Shown in pieces: positions 36,401 to 44,323 of a stretch of DNA of 64,000 nt. The notes beneath the pieces are model-generated. The model was given only the letters and a program-made list of their open reading frames with translations, made no database searches and was not told the origin of the DNA. Source of the DNA: a virus; IMG/VR virus record IMGVR_UViG_3300017992_000019, positions 30,892-94,891 of that record; one strand, 5' to 3'. The translations under genes and the position numbers were made by a program. The first letter of the stretch is position 1. Every line of letters begins with the position of its first letter.

Positions 36401-38323
36401 ATGCCACGAACAGATCCATACGAGGGACTCAACGACGCACAACGCGAGGTCGTTGCTTTCAACGAGGGCAAGATCGTCGTGTGTAGCGTTGCGGGGTCGG
36501 GCAAGACGTTGACGGTGATCCGTCGCATGTCGAGGCTCGAGCTCGACGGGCAGGATCCAAAGCGGATCGTTGCAACGACTTTCACAACCAAAGCGGCCGG
36601 CGAAATGAACGACAGGCTCGCGGCCGAGGGTTGCCCGGTACGCGGCCGGGGATCCGACGAGGGCGCCCGGGTCGGCACCTTTCACTCGGTGTCGCTTGAG
36701 GTGATCCGGGACGGTGCACCCGAGGCAAACTACAAGGTCGACGGCAAGAATCGCATGAAACTCGAGCTCAAGAAAATCCTCGGGCACACTCAAATGGATT
36801 GGAAAGGCGTCGACCTCACCGAGGTCGAATCCTGGATCGCTCACAACAAGCATGAGCTTGTGCGGCCGGAGGAGTCGAGACACCCGGAGGATCGCAGATT
36901 CGACGAGGCATACGCGCGGCATGAGGAGACCCGGGACTCTCTCGGGTTGATCACTTTCGACGACATGCCAATGCTCGCGGTTGAGTATTTGCGTTCCGAT
37001 CGCGACGCTCGCGACCGGTGGTCGACTGCTTACGATCACGTGATCGTCGACGAGGCCCAGGACGCTAACAAGGCGCAATGGGCGCTCGCCGAGATCCTCG
37101 GCGAAAACGCAAAGTCGATCATGCTCGTCGGTGACGACGATCAGTCGATCTATGAGTGGCGCGGCGCCGTGCCGGCATACCTGATCGAGTATGCGAAGCG
37201 CGCGACCGTGGTCAAGCTCGAGATCAACTACCGGTGCCGGCCGGAAATCGTCGACGCCGGCAACAAGGTGATCAAGCACAACACCGACAGGATCAAGAAA
37301 TCGGCGACGGCCGCGCGGCCGGATGCCGCGACCGTGAAATACCGACGAGTATACAACCTCGACGCCGAGGCCGAGCTCGCGCTCGAGCAGATCCGCGAGA
37401 TCGTTGCCGACGGTGTCAAGTATGGTGAGATCGCGATCCTGTATAGGACCAACGCGCAAAGCCGGGCTTTCGAGGAGGTCTTTTTGCGCGAGTCGATCCC
37501 GCACGTCGTGATCGGCGGGACCGATTTTTACGACCGCAAGGAGGTCAAGGATCTCCTCAACTACCTCAAGCTCGCAAGCAAGCTCACCGACAACAAGGCG
37601 TTTCGGGATTGCGTCAACCGGCCTTTCCGTTTCATTGGAAAGCAGACGATCGAGAAAATGCAAAGCGAGGCCGAGTCGCGCGGGATCTCAATGTGGAAAG
37701 TGTGCCGCATGGTTGCCGAGGGCGAGATCAGATTGCCGCGGGTCAATGCGTCACAACTTCGCAACCTCCGAGAGTTTCGCCGGACGGTCAAAAAAGCTCG
37801 CTCGATCCTCAAGGAGGAGAGCTCGAGGATCTCCGATGTGTTCCTCTCGGTGCTCCGCGAATCGAAATACCTGGAATGGCTCAAGCGCGACGAGGGATCC
37901 GACACGTCGGAGAATTCCCGCGAGAGCAACGTGCGAGAGTTGATCCGCACCTCGGATCGTTTCGAGACCGTCAAGGAGTTCCTCGAGTATCTCGACAACC
38001 TCGCGGCCGAAAAGCGCAAGCGGAAAAACGGAGAGACCGGAAACCTGATCCAGCTTATGACCGTGCACAAGTCAAAGGGTCTCGAGTTTCCCGTCGTGTT
38101 CGTATCGGGCGCGACCGAGTTGATCCTCCCGCACGCTCGCACGGCCAACCCGGAGGAGGAGCGCCGGTTGTATTACGTCGCGATCACCCGGGCCCGGGAT
38201 CAACTGTATGTCACCTCGCCGGCGTGTCTACTCGTCGGCGGCAAGGTGACCGAGCTCGACCCGTCGCGCTTTGTCAACGAGTCGGAGGTCAACCGCTACG
38301 CGGCCGAGGAGGCGACAGCATGA
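36401..38323 (+). CDS. uvrD: UvrD/PcrA-family SF1 helicase
   Basis: 'LNDAQREVV', 'AGSGKT', 'TFTTKAA.EM', 'VDEAQD', 'VGDDDQSIYEWRGA', 'LMTVHKSKGLEF', 'EERRLYYVAITRAR'. Confidence 0.95.
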   Translation: MPRTDPYEGLNDAQREVVAFNEGKIVVCSVAGSGKTLTVIRRMSRLELDGQDPKRIVATTFTTKAAGEMNDRLAAEGCPVRGRGSDEGARVGTFHSVSLEVIRDGAPEANYKVDGKNRMKLELKKILGHTQMDWKGVDLTEVESWIAHNKHELVRPEESRHPEDRRFDEAYARHEETRDSLGLITFDDMPMLAVEYLRSDRDARDRWSTAYDHVIVDEAQDANKAQWALAEILGENAKSIMLVGDDDQSIYEWRGAVPAYLIEYAKRATVVKLEINYRCRPEIVDAGNKVIKHNTDRIKKSATAARPDAATVKYRRVYNLDAEAELALEQIREIVADGVKYGEIAILYRTNAQSRAFEEVFLRESIPHVVIGGTDFYDRKEVKDLLNYLKLASKLTDNKAFRDCVNRPFRFIGKQTIEKMQSEAESRGISMWKVCRMVAEGEIRLPRVNASQLRNLREFRRTVKKARSILKEESSRISDVFLSVLRESKYLEWLKRDEGSDTSENSRESNVRELIRTSDRFETVKEFLEYLDNLAAEKRKRKNGETGNLIQLMTVHKSKGLEFPVVFVSGATELILPHARTANPEEERRLYYVAITRARDQLYVTSPACLLVGGKVTELDPSRFVNESEVNRYAAEEATA

Positions 38324-38730
38324 AAAAGGACAAGGAGAAAAAGGTGATCGTGATCGACAACACCGGCGAGGGCAAGGGCGGCAAGCGGCGCCGGCCGGGC
38401 AAGCGGCGCCGGCAGAAATCCGCACCGCGGCCGAGCATCGTGCCGGAGGATGGGCCCGAGTTGCACCCGCGGACTCGCAACAAGATCCTCCGGCAACTTG
38501 CGGCCGAAGCGCGCAAGGTCGGCGGATCGTGCGTCGCGTTGCGGTGCTCGCTCGACCACGTCGGCGACGTGCTTGTGCTGGCGCCTCTCCTCGAGGCGAT
38601 CGTGCGTCTCAAGGAGATCGAAAAAGACGCGGTCAAGCTCGGATACAAGCCGGACAGATTCGCGCCCGCAACCCGGGGCGCGTTTCTCTCCGGTCTGATC
38701 GAGACCCTACGGATCAAAGGGAGGAGGTGA
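38320..38730 (+). CDS. Hypothetical basic protein
   Basis: ATGA overlap; GGAGG SD. Confidence 0.55.
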   Translation: MKKDKEKKVIVIDNTGEGKGGKRRRPGKRRRQKSAPRPSIVPEDGPELHPRTRNKILRQLAAEARKVGGSCVALRCSLDHVGDVLVLAPLLEAIVRLKEIEKDAVKLGYKPDRFAPATRGAFLSGLIETLRIKGRR

Positions 38731-38903
38731 TCGTGCACGCGAGGATCAAAGCGGTGATCGGAGACGGCGAGCGACAAGCGGTTCGTTTTGAGTGCCCGCA
38801 TTGCAAGCAAGAGACCACGGTCGAGGTTCCGGTCGGGACCGACAACTACCACGGCCGGGCGGTCGTGTGCTCCTATTGCAAGCGGACTCTCTCGCTCGAT
38901 TGA
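38727..38903 (+). CDS. Small zinc-ribbon protein
   Basis: CPHC...CSYC; GTGA overlap. Confidence 0.55.
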   Translation: MIVHARIKAVIGDGERQAVRFECPHCKQETTVEVPVGTDNYHGRAVVCSYCKRTLSLD

Positions 38904-38916
38904 ATCGAAAGGAGGT

Positions 38917-38969
38917 GCACCGAGGGAGGGTGAAATCCCCTCCCCGACTTTTGCCCGAAAGGGCGGTGC
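38917..38969 (+). ncRNA. Three-way-junction motif A, copy 4
   Basis: P1 gcaccg/cggtgc; P2 gggaggg/ccctccc; junction CGACTTTTG; P3 ccc-GAAA-ggg. Confidence 0.75.
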
Positions 38970-38992
38970 CGGAAACCCGAAAGGAGGATGCT

Positions 38993-39913
38993 ATGCCTTG
39001 CATTTGCTATGTCGAAAAGAATTTCTCGGCGGGCTCGCGCGAAGTGATCGCGCAAGCAAACGAGATCGTCGAGGCGTACCAAGCACAGGATCTTGTGCTC
39101 ACCTTGCGTCAACTGTATTACCGGTTTGTCGCGAGCGATCTGATTCCCAACACCGACCGGTCGTACAAGAGACTCGGGTCGATAATCAACGACGCGAGAC
39201 TCGCCGGCGAGATCGATTGGAACGCGATCGAGGATCGCGGTCGCAACCTGATCCGGCGCTCGCATTGGAGCACACCGGGCGGGATCATTTCCTCGGCCGC
39301 GGCGTCGTATGCGATCGACAAGTGGAAAGGTCAAGACAACTACGTCGAGGTTTGGGTCGAGAAACAGGCGCTCGAGGCAATCATCGATCAGGCGTGCGAG
39401 CCTCTCGACGTCAACTGTATCGCGTGCAAGGGATACATGAGTCAATCCGAAATGTGGCGCGCGTCGATCCGTTACAGGGAAATGATCCAGGCCGACCGGA
39501 CGCCGGTGATCATTCACCTCGGCGACCACGACCCGAGCGGTCTGGACATGACCCGCGACATACAAGATCGTCTCGAGATTTTCGGCGTGCAAATGGAGGT
39601 CAACAGGATCGCGCTCAACATGGATCAAGTCGAGGAGTTTGATCCTCCTCCGAATCCCGCGAAGCTCTCCGACAGTCGCGCGGCCGGATATATCACCGAA
39701 TTCGGATCGGAGTCGTGGGAGCTCGACGCGCTCGAGCCGGCCGTGCTCCGGGATCTGATCCGCAAGACGATCCGGTCGTACCTCAACAAGAAAAAGTTCA
39801 AGGCGCGCGAGCAACGCGAGGAATCGGAACGCAACGCGCTCGAGGAGGTTTCGGATCGGTGGAACGAGGTTGTCGAATTTCTCGAGATCGAGAGCACCGA
39901 CGAGGAGGATTGA
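38993..39913 (+). CDS. Topo VI-A/Spo11-like winged-helix + TOPRIM protein
   Basis: 'TLRQLYYRFV', 'VEVWVEK', 'HLGDHDPSGLDM', 'RIAL...Q', 'WELDAL'. Confidence 0.8.
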   Translation: MPCICYVEKNFSAGSREVIAQANEIVEAYQAQDLVLTLRQLYYRFVASDLIPNTDRSYKRLGSIINDARLAGEIDWNAIEDRGRNLIRRSHWSTPGGIISSAAASYAIDKWKGQDNYVEVWVEKQALEAIIDQACEPLDVNCIACKGYMSQSEMWRASIRYREMIQADRTPVIIHLGDHDPSGLDMTRDIQDRLEIFGVQMEVNRIALNMDQVEEFDPPPNPAKLSDSRAAGYITEFGSESWELDALEPAVLRDLIRKTIRSYLNKKKFKAREQREESERNALEEVSDRWNEVVEFLEIESTDEED

Positions 39914-39917
39914 TCCA

Positions 39918-40169
39918 ATGGGCGACGGGATTTGCAATTTTTGCTTGATCCGAAATATCCGGGCGCGCGCAAAAACCAAAGGTCTCGAGGTGACCGTGCT
40001 CCCGTCTCCCGACGACGAGGAGGCGGGACTCAAGCCACCCGGGAACGATGTTTTCATGCACCCCCCGGGGATCTCGGTCAAGCTCCTCGAGGAGGATCGA
40101 CCCGACGACGGGCCCGGCGACTTTTGGGTTTGTTGGGTCTGGACGATCCCCAAGAAATGCGAATGTTGA
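39918..40169 (+). CDS. Hypothetical Cys-containing protein
   Basis: GGAGG SD; CNFC ... C-terminal CEC. Confidence 0.55.
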   Translation: MGDGICNFCLIRNIRARAKTKGLEVTVLPSPDDEEAGLKPPGNDVFMHPPGISVKLLEEDRPDDGPGDFWVCWVWTIPKKCEC

Positions 40170-40173
40170 TCTT

Positions 40174-40249
40174 GACGCCGGCGTCGGAGGCCCGACCGGG
40201 ATCCCTCCCCGCGGCCGGGTTACGCGCCCGGCGCCGGCGTCTTTTTTTT
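40174..40249 (+). terminator. Long hairpin plus U8, intrinsic terminator or attenuator
   Basis: 14-bp stem gacgccggcgtcgg/ccggcgccggcgtc followed by T8. Confidence 0.7.
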
Positions 40250-40269
40250 GGAGGGGAAAGGAGTTTCTC

Positions 40270-40512
40270 ATGTCAGTCAAAACCTACACACTCGATCCCG
40301 ATCTCAAGGGAATCGGCGGCGACCATGCCGGCAAGTTGCTCGCGAGAGCATACGACAACGGCGGCGAGCTCGAGCTCCTCAAGACCGCGGGCGACATGTT
40401 TGTCGACATGCTTCCGAGCAAGGAGGAGCTCGTCGCGATCGCGACAGGCAAGGCGATCCTTGTCGGTCACGGTCTCGAGCTCATGTATGCAGTCAACCGC
40501 GAAAGGAGTTGA
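40270..40512 (+). CDS. Hypothetical protein
   Basis: AAGGAG SD, ATG 40270. Confidence 0.55.
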   Translation: MSVKTYTLDPDLKGIGGDHAGKLLARAYDNGGELELLKTAGDMFVDMLPSKEELVAIATGKAILVGHGLELMYAVNRERS

Positions 40513-40514
40513 TC

Positions 40515-40979
40515 ATGCCTCCCCGCTTTATCCAGTACACGGCCGACGAGGTCAAGGCGAAGCTCGAGCCGGCCGGGTTCAAGGTCGTGAGACTGCACCG
40601 GTGCGGCGAGCTTGTGCTCGAGCGCGAGATCGATGATCACCCGGACGTCAAGATCCGGGTATACTCCTCGATCGCGATCCACAACGGCGACGCACGCGAA
40701 GTCGGCACCGACGCCGGCCGGGTGCTCCTGATCGATCGCAAGACCGACAAGCCGGTTTGGAAATCGAAGCGTGCACACCGCACGCAAAACTTTCTCGACG
40801 CGCTCCTCGCAAGGTGCCGCGTCGCATACAAGGCCGTCTCTACTCTCCCGCGGTGTCCCGTCTGCAAGGGATACATGGTCGAGCGATCCAAGCGCGGCGA
40901 GCGCAAGCCGTCGTTTCTCGGTTGCTTGAAATTTCCGGCGTGCCGTGGTACGCGAAACATTCCCCGGGGCCGGAGGTGA
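40515..40979 (+). CDS. Protein with C-terminal topoisomerase-type C4 zinc finger
   Basis: 'CPVCKGYMVER......FLGCLKFPACRGTR'. Confidence 0.7.
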   Translation: MPPRFIQYTADEVKAKLEPAGFKVVRLHRCGELVLEREIDDHPDVKIRVYSSIAIHNGDAREVGTDAGRVLLIDRKTDKPVWKSKRAHRTQNFLDALLARCRVAYKAVSTLPRCPVCKGYMVERSKRGERKPSFLGCLKFPACRGTRNIPRGRR

Positions 40980-40982
40980 CCA

Positions 40983-41198
40983 ATGGGTCGGATCATGAAA
41001 TGCCGACATTGCGACGCCGAGCTTGTATGCAAGGCGTGCGGCGAAAAGCAAACCCAACGCAAGAAAACCGAGACCAAGAAACTCACCGTGCACGTCGATC
41101 CGGCGCGCGACGAGGAGCTCACGGCCGAGGCCGAAAAACTCGGGATCAGTAAGTCGGAGCTTGTGCGGCGTCGACTTGCGGCCGGAGGCGAGGAGTGA
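40983..41198 (+). CDS. Zinc finger + ribbon-helix-helix (CopG-like) regulator
   Basis: CRHC..CKAC; 'KKLTVHVD.....L..EAEKLGISKSELVRR'. Confidence 0.7.
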   Translation: MGRIMKCRHCDAELVCKACGEKQTQRKKTETKKLTVHVDPARDEELTAEAEKLGISKSELVRRRLAAGGEE

Positions 41199-42763
41199 TC
41201 CCGGTTCGCACGCGCCTCGACACTCACCTTGTGCTCGACATTGACGATCTCGGTCCGCGCGCAACGAATGCACTCCGCGAGGAATTCACGCGGAGCAATC
41301 CGGCGTTTTTCAAAAAGCGACGAATGGGTCACTGGATCGGCGACACGCCGAGCAAGCTCAAGTCGTGGGCCCTCGAGGGTCGTTGGTTGATTCTCCCTCG
41401 AGGGTCTCTCGACCGGGTCGAGGAGACGCTCTCGAGCCTCGAGAGGCGCCTCGACCCGATACGCGACCGGATGCACTCATGCGAGCCGGCCGGGCTTTCC
41501 CTGCGAGCCGGGCGGGCCATGAGGCCATACCAGATCCCCGCGGTGCGGCACCTCGTTGACAACGGCCGGCCGGGCGCGATCGTCCGGGGCGGTTGCGGAT
41601 CGGGCAAGACCGTCGTGCTCCTCGGAGCGATCGCCGAGATCAATCAACCGGCGATCGTTGTCGTGCACTCGATCCCTCTCCTCAACCAATGGCGCAAAGC
41701 CGTCTCTCACTGGCTCGGTGTTATCCCGGGAGAGATCCGCTCGGGCAAGTTCAAGCTCGGGACGATCACGATCGCGACGCAAGCGAGTTTGTGGTCGCAG
41801 TACAAGAAAGGCAAGCTCGACTGGTTTGACCGATACGGCGTTCTTGTCGGCGACGAGATCCACCGATGGGCCGCGAAAACCTTTCAAGCGGTCGCGTCCG
41901 TTTTCCCGGCCGCGTATCGGATCGGTGCCTCGGCCGACGAGCGACGCAAGGATCAAATGGAGCACCTGATCTATGAGACGTTCGGATCCGAGGTCTACAA
42001 GATCAAGCGCGACGAGTGTCTCGCGGCCGGGTCTCTCCTCCCGGTGAAATTCGAGGTCGTGCCGACCGGATACTCCGACCTTGTGTATCTGTCGTCGGTC
42101 CGCACCGCTCACATTTGCGAGACGTGCAACGCCGAGCTCCGGGCCCCGGACATGCGAGCGAAAGCGAAACCCGGCCGGCTGAAATACTGCCCGGTATGTG
42201 ATCGCAACGTCGAGCCCGAGGTTCCTGATTGGGGCGGGATGATCAATCGCATGGTCGACGACGAGGAACGCAACGACTTGATCGAGGAACACGTGCACCG
42301 GGTGATCCAGGATCCCAAGACGCGGATCTTGATTCTCAACGAGCGGGTCGAGGCGTGCCGTAGTTGGGCCGCGCGTCTCGAGCTCCGCGGTGTGCCGGCC
42401 GGGCTCATGATCGGCGGGCCCGAGAATCGCAAGGAGCTCGACCGCACTATCTCCGGGATCCGCTCCGGCACGATCCGGGTTGCCGTCGGCACGTCCGTCG
42501 CCGACGAGGGTCTCGATCTCCCCGCGCTCTCGCACGTGTTTTGTTCCTGCCCGGTGCACACCCACAAGAAACGACTCAAGCAAATGATCGGACGCGCGGC
42601 CCGGCCGCATGAGGACAAGCAACACGCGACGTGCGTTTATTTTTGGGATCAAAATCTTTTCCCTCCTCAGTATGACGGCCACAACCCGGAGGCGTATCAG
42701 AAAGCAAAGGAGTCGTTTCTCCGATCGCTCAAGCGATCCGGCGACTCGCTCGTTGTGTTGTAG
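41195..42763 (+). CDS. SF2 DExH helicase (UvsW/XPB-like) with zinc-ribbon insertion
   Basis: 'MRPYQ', 'GCGSGKT', 'DEIH', 'GASA', 'DEGLDLP', 'QMIGRAAR'; CETC...CPVC insert. Confidence 0.9.
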   Translation: MIPVRTRLDTHLVLDIDDLGPRATNALREEFTRSNPAFFKKRRMGHWIGDTPSKLKSWALEGRWLILPRGSLDRVEETLSSLERRLDPIRDRMHSCEPAGLSLRAGRAMRPYQIPAVRHLVDNGRPGAIVRGGCGSGKTVVLLGAIAEINQPAIVVVHSIPLLNQWRKAVSHWLGVIPGEIRSGKFKLGTITIATQASLWSQYKKGKLDWFDRYGVLVGDEIHRWAAKTFQAVASVFPAAYRIGASADERRKDQMEHLIYETFGSEVYKIKRDECLAAGSLLPVKFEVVPTGYSDLVYLSSVRTAHICETCNAELRAPDMRAKAKPGRLKYCPVCDRNVEPEVPDWGGMINRMVDDEERNDLIEEHVHRVIQDPKTRILILNERVEACRSWAARLELRGVPAGLMIGGPENRKELDRTISGIRSGTIRVAVGTSVADEGLDLPALSHVFCSCPVHTHKKRLKQMIGRAARPHEDKQHATCVYFWDQNLFPPQYDGHNPEAYQKAKESFLRSLKRSGDSLVVL

Positions 42764-42793
42764 CAACGAGTTCCGCGCGGCCGCAATTTTCTC

Positions 42794-42822
42794 TTGACAG
42801 ACGATCCCCCTTGCCATACCGT
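42794..42822 (+). promoter_or_regulatory. Sigma70 promoter of the replication operon
   Basis: TTGACA-17 bp-TACCGT in an intergenic region. Confidence 0.7.
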
Positions 42823-42888
42823 CGCGACTCTAGGCGTCGGAGGATCTATTGCTGCACAGACCGTTGATCTTTTTTTGTGGGTAAGAAT

Positions 42889-42954
42889 CGGGTTCCCTCG
42901 GGTCTCTCGGGCCGACCGCGTTGGTCCCCCGACGCCTAAGCCCGAGGGGGCCCG
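42889..42954 (+). ncRNA. Stalked hairpin element (family B) in the replication leader
   Basis: 15-bp stalk with G-U pairs enclosing gcgttgg-tccc-ccgacgc. Confidence 0.55.
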
Positions 42955-42975
42955 TCTTTTGAAAAGAGAGGGGCA

Positions 42976-43779
42976 ATGCCGAAACGTCGTCGAGTGCCAA
43001 CGGAGCAAGGGCAACAACACGTCGTCGAGCTCGCAAACCTGATCGATCGACTGGCACTCCGAAAAGTTCCGACAGCCTCTCGCATGATAGCACTCGCCGT
43101 TTTCAATCTCTGCAAGCAAAACGGAAACTGGACCGAGACCGCAACGGATCGGATCGGTTGGTTCGCCGGCATGGGTTGGCGACAAGCCGTCCGACACATT
43201 CGGAATCTCGAGACGCTCGGGATCCTCGAGGTGGAACGCCGAGCGGGTCAAAGCATGAGGATCCGAATTCGTCCCGGTGTCATTGGTGACACCGGTCGAG
43301 AGACGGTGTCTCCCGAAACCCCTGTCACCGGTGACACCCGGGGGGTTGCGAATTCCTCGGGGGGTTATATACATAGTATAGACAAGCGTGATCAGGATCT
43401 AGATCCAAAAACAAGACATAACAGATCAACGAACCGAGCAGAGATCGAAAAGGGTGCGATCGAGGTGATCCGATTGTACCGGGTTCGATGGGGCAAGGTG
43501 TACGGATCGAGTTGCGTTGTCTCCGGCCGGGATCGTAGCAAGGCCGTCGAGCTTGTGCGAAAGCTCGGGCTCGAGGAGGTAGGTGTTAGACTGGAACGCT
43601 ATTTTGAAGATCGGGATCCGTGGCTCGTTGACAAGGCGCACTCGTTCCCGATCTTCGCCGCGAAGATCAATCAATACGTGGGACGGAAAAATGGGCAAGC
43701 GACGATCGCTCGACATGAGGACTTTGACCGAGAAGTTGAGAAGTTTGAGAAAAGCCAGCGTCGACCGCCAAAAGGGTGA
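42976..43779 (+). CDS. Replication initiator (HTH, lambda O-like organisation)
   Basis: N-terminal wHTH 'IGWFAGMGWRQAVRHIRNLETLGILEVERR', internal palindromic repeats, upstream of loader and DnaB. Confidence 0.75.
   Translation: MPKRRRVPTEQGQQHVVELANLIDRLALRKVPTASRMIALAVFNLCKQNGNWTETATDRIGWFAGMGWRQAVRHIRNLETLGILEVERRAGQSMRIRIRPGVIGDTGRETVSPETPVTGDTRGVANSSGGYIHSIDKRDQDLDPKTRHNRSTNRAEIEKGAIEVIRLYRVRWGKVYGSSCVVSGRDRSKAVELVRKLGLEEVGVRLERYFEDRDPWLVDKAHSFPIFAAKINQYVGRKNGQATIARHEDFDREVEKFEKSQRRPPKG
43274..43385. other. Putative replication origin (palindromic iterons plus AT-rich tract)
   Basis: ccggtgtca-ttgg-tgacaccgg and tgtcaccggtgaca dyads, then ttatatacatagtata. Confidence 0.65.
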
Positions 43780-44323
43780 AATGCGTTGGCGGTCCGGGAT
43801 CGGCGACCTCGGCGCCCGAATGACATTCGAGGTTTTCGACATGCTAAAAGGCAAAGAGGGTGCGGTCGAGGTTGCGAGGACATGGGATCCGAAAGCGGAT
43901 CCCGGAGTTGTTTTCTATGGGCCGACGGGCACGGGCAAGACTCACCTCGCGTGTGCGATCATTCACCGACTGATCGACGAGGGGATCTTTTGTGTGTTCC
44001 TCCCGACGGTGCGGATCCCTCGCAACGACTCCGAGGCGATCGAGAAATTGACCGATCCCTCCGAGGTGCCGGTCTTGATCCTCGACGACGTCGGCGCCGA
44101 AAAGCTCACCGAGCGTGCGCTCGAGTGTCTGTACGAAATCGTCGACGGCCGGATCTGGAATCGGGCGCCGTTGGTCGTGACAACCAATTTCAAAAAGGAG
44201 GAGCTCCGGCGTCGGATCAATCTCGCCGGCGACGGGCACGGGGATCGTCTCGTCGGCCGACTCGAGAAAACGTGCCGGTGGGTTCCCGTAGGTGGTAAGG
44301 ACATGCGCCGGGGTGCCAAGTGA
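43691..44323 (+). CDS. DnaC/IstB-like helicase loader
   Basis: 'GPTGTGKTHLACAI', 'LILDDVGAEK', 'VTTN', 'DRLVGRL'. Confidence 0.9.
   Translation: MGKRRSLDMRTLTEKLRSLRKASVDRQKGEMRWRSGIGDLGARMTFEVFDMLKGKEGAVEVARTWDPKADPGVVFYGPTGTGKTHLACAIIHRLIDEGIFCVFLPTVRIPRNDSEAIEKLTDPSEVPVLILDDVGAEKLTERALECLYEIVDGRIWNRAPLVVTTNFKKEELRRRINLAGDGHGDRLVGRLEKTCRWVPVGGKDMRRGAK

Noticed and set aside
33903-38969. Motif A as intrinsic terminators, tRNAs or integron attC sites
   Set aside because: No U tract after the closing stem, no D/T loops or anticodon arm, no RYYYAAC/GTTRRRY ends, and no integrase.
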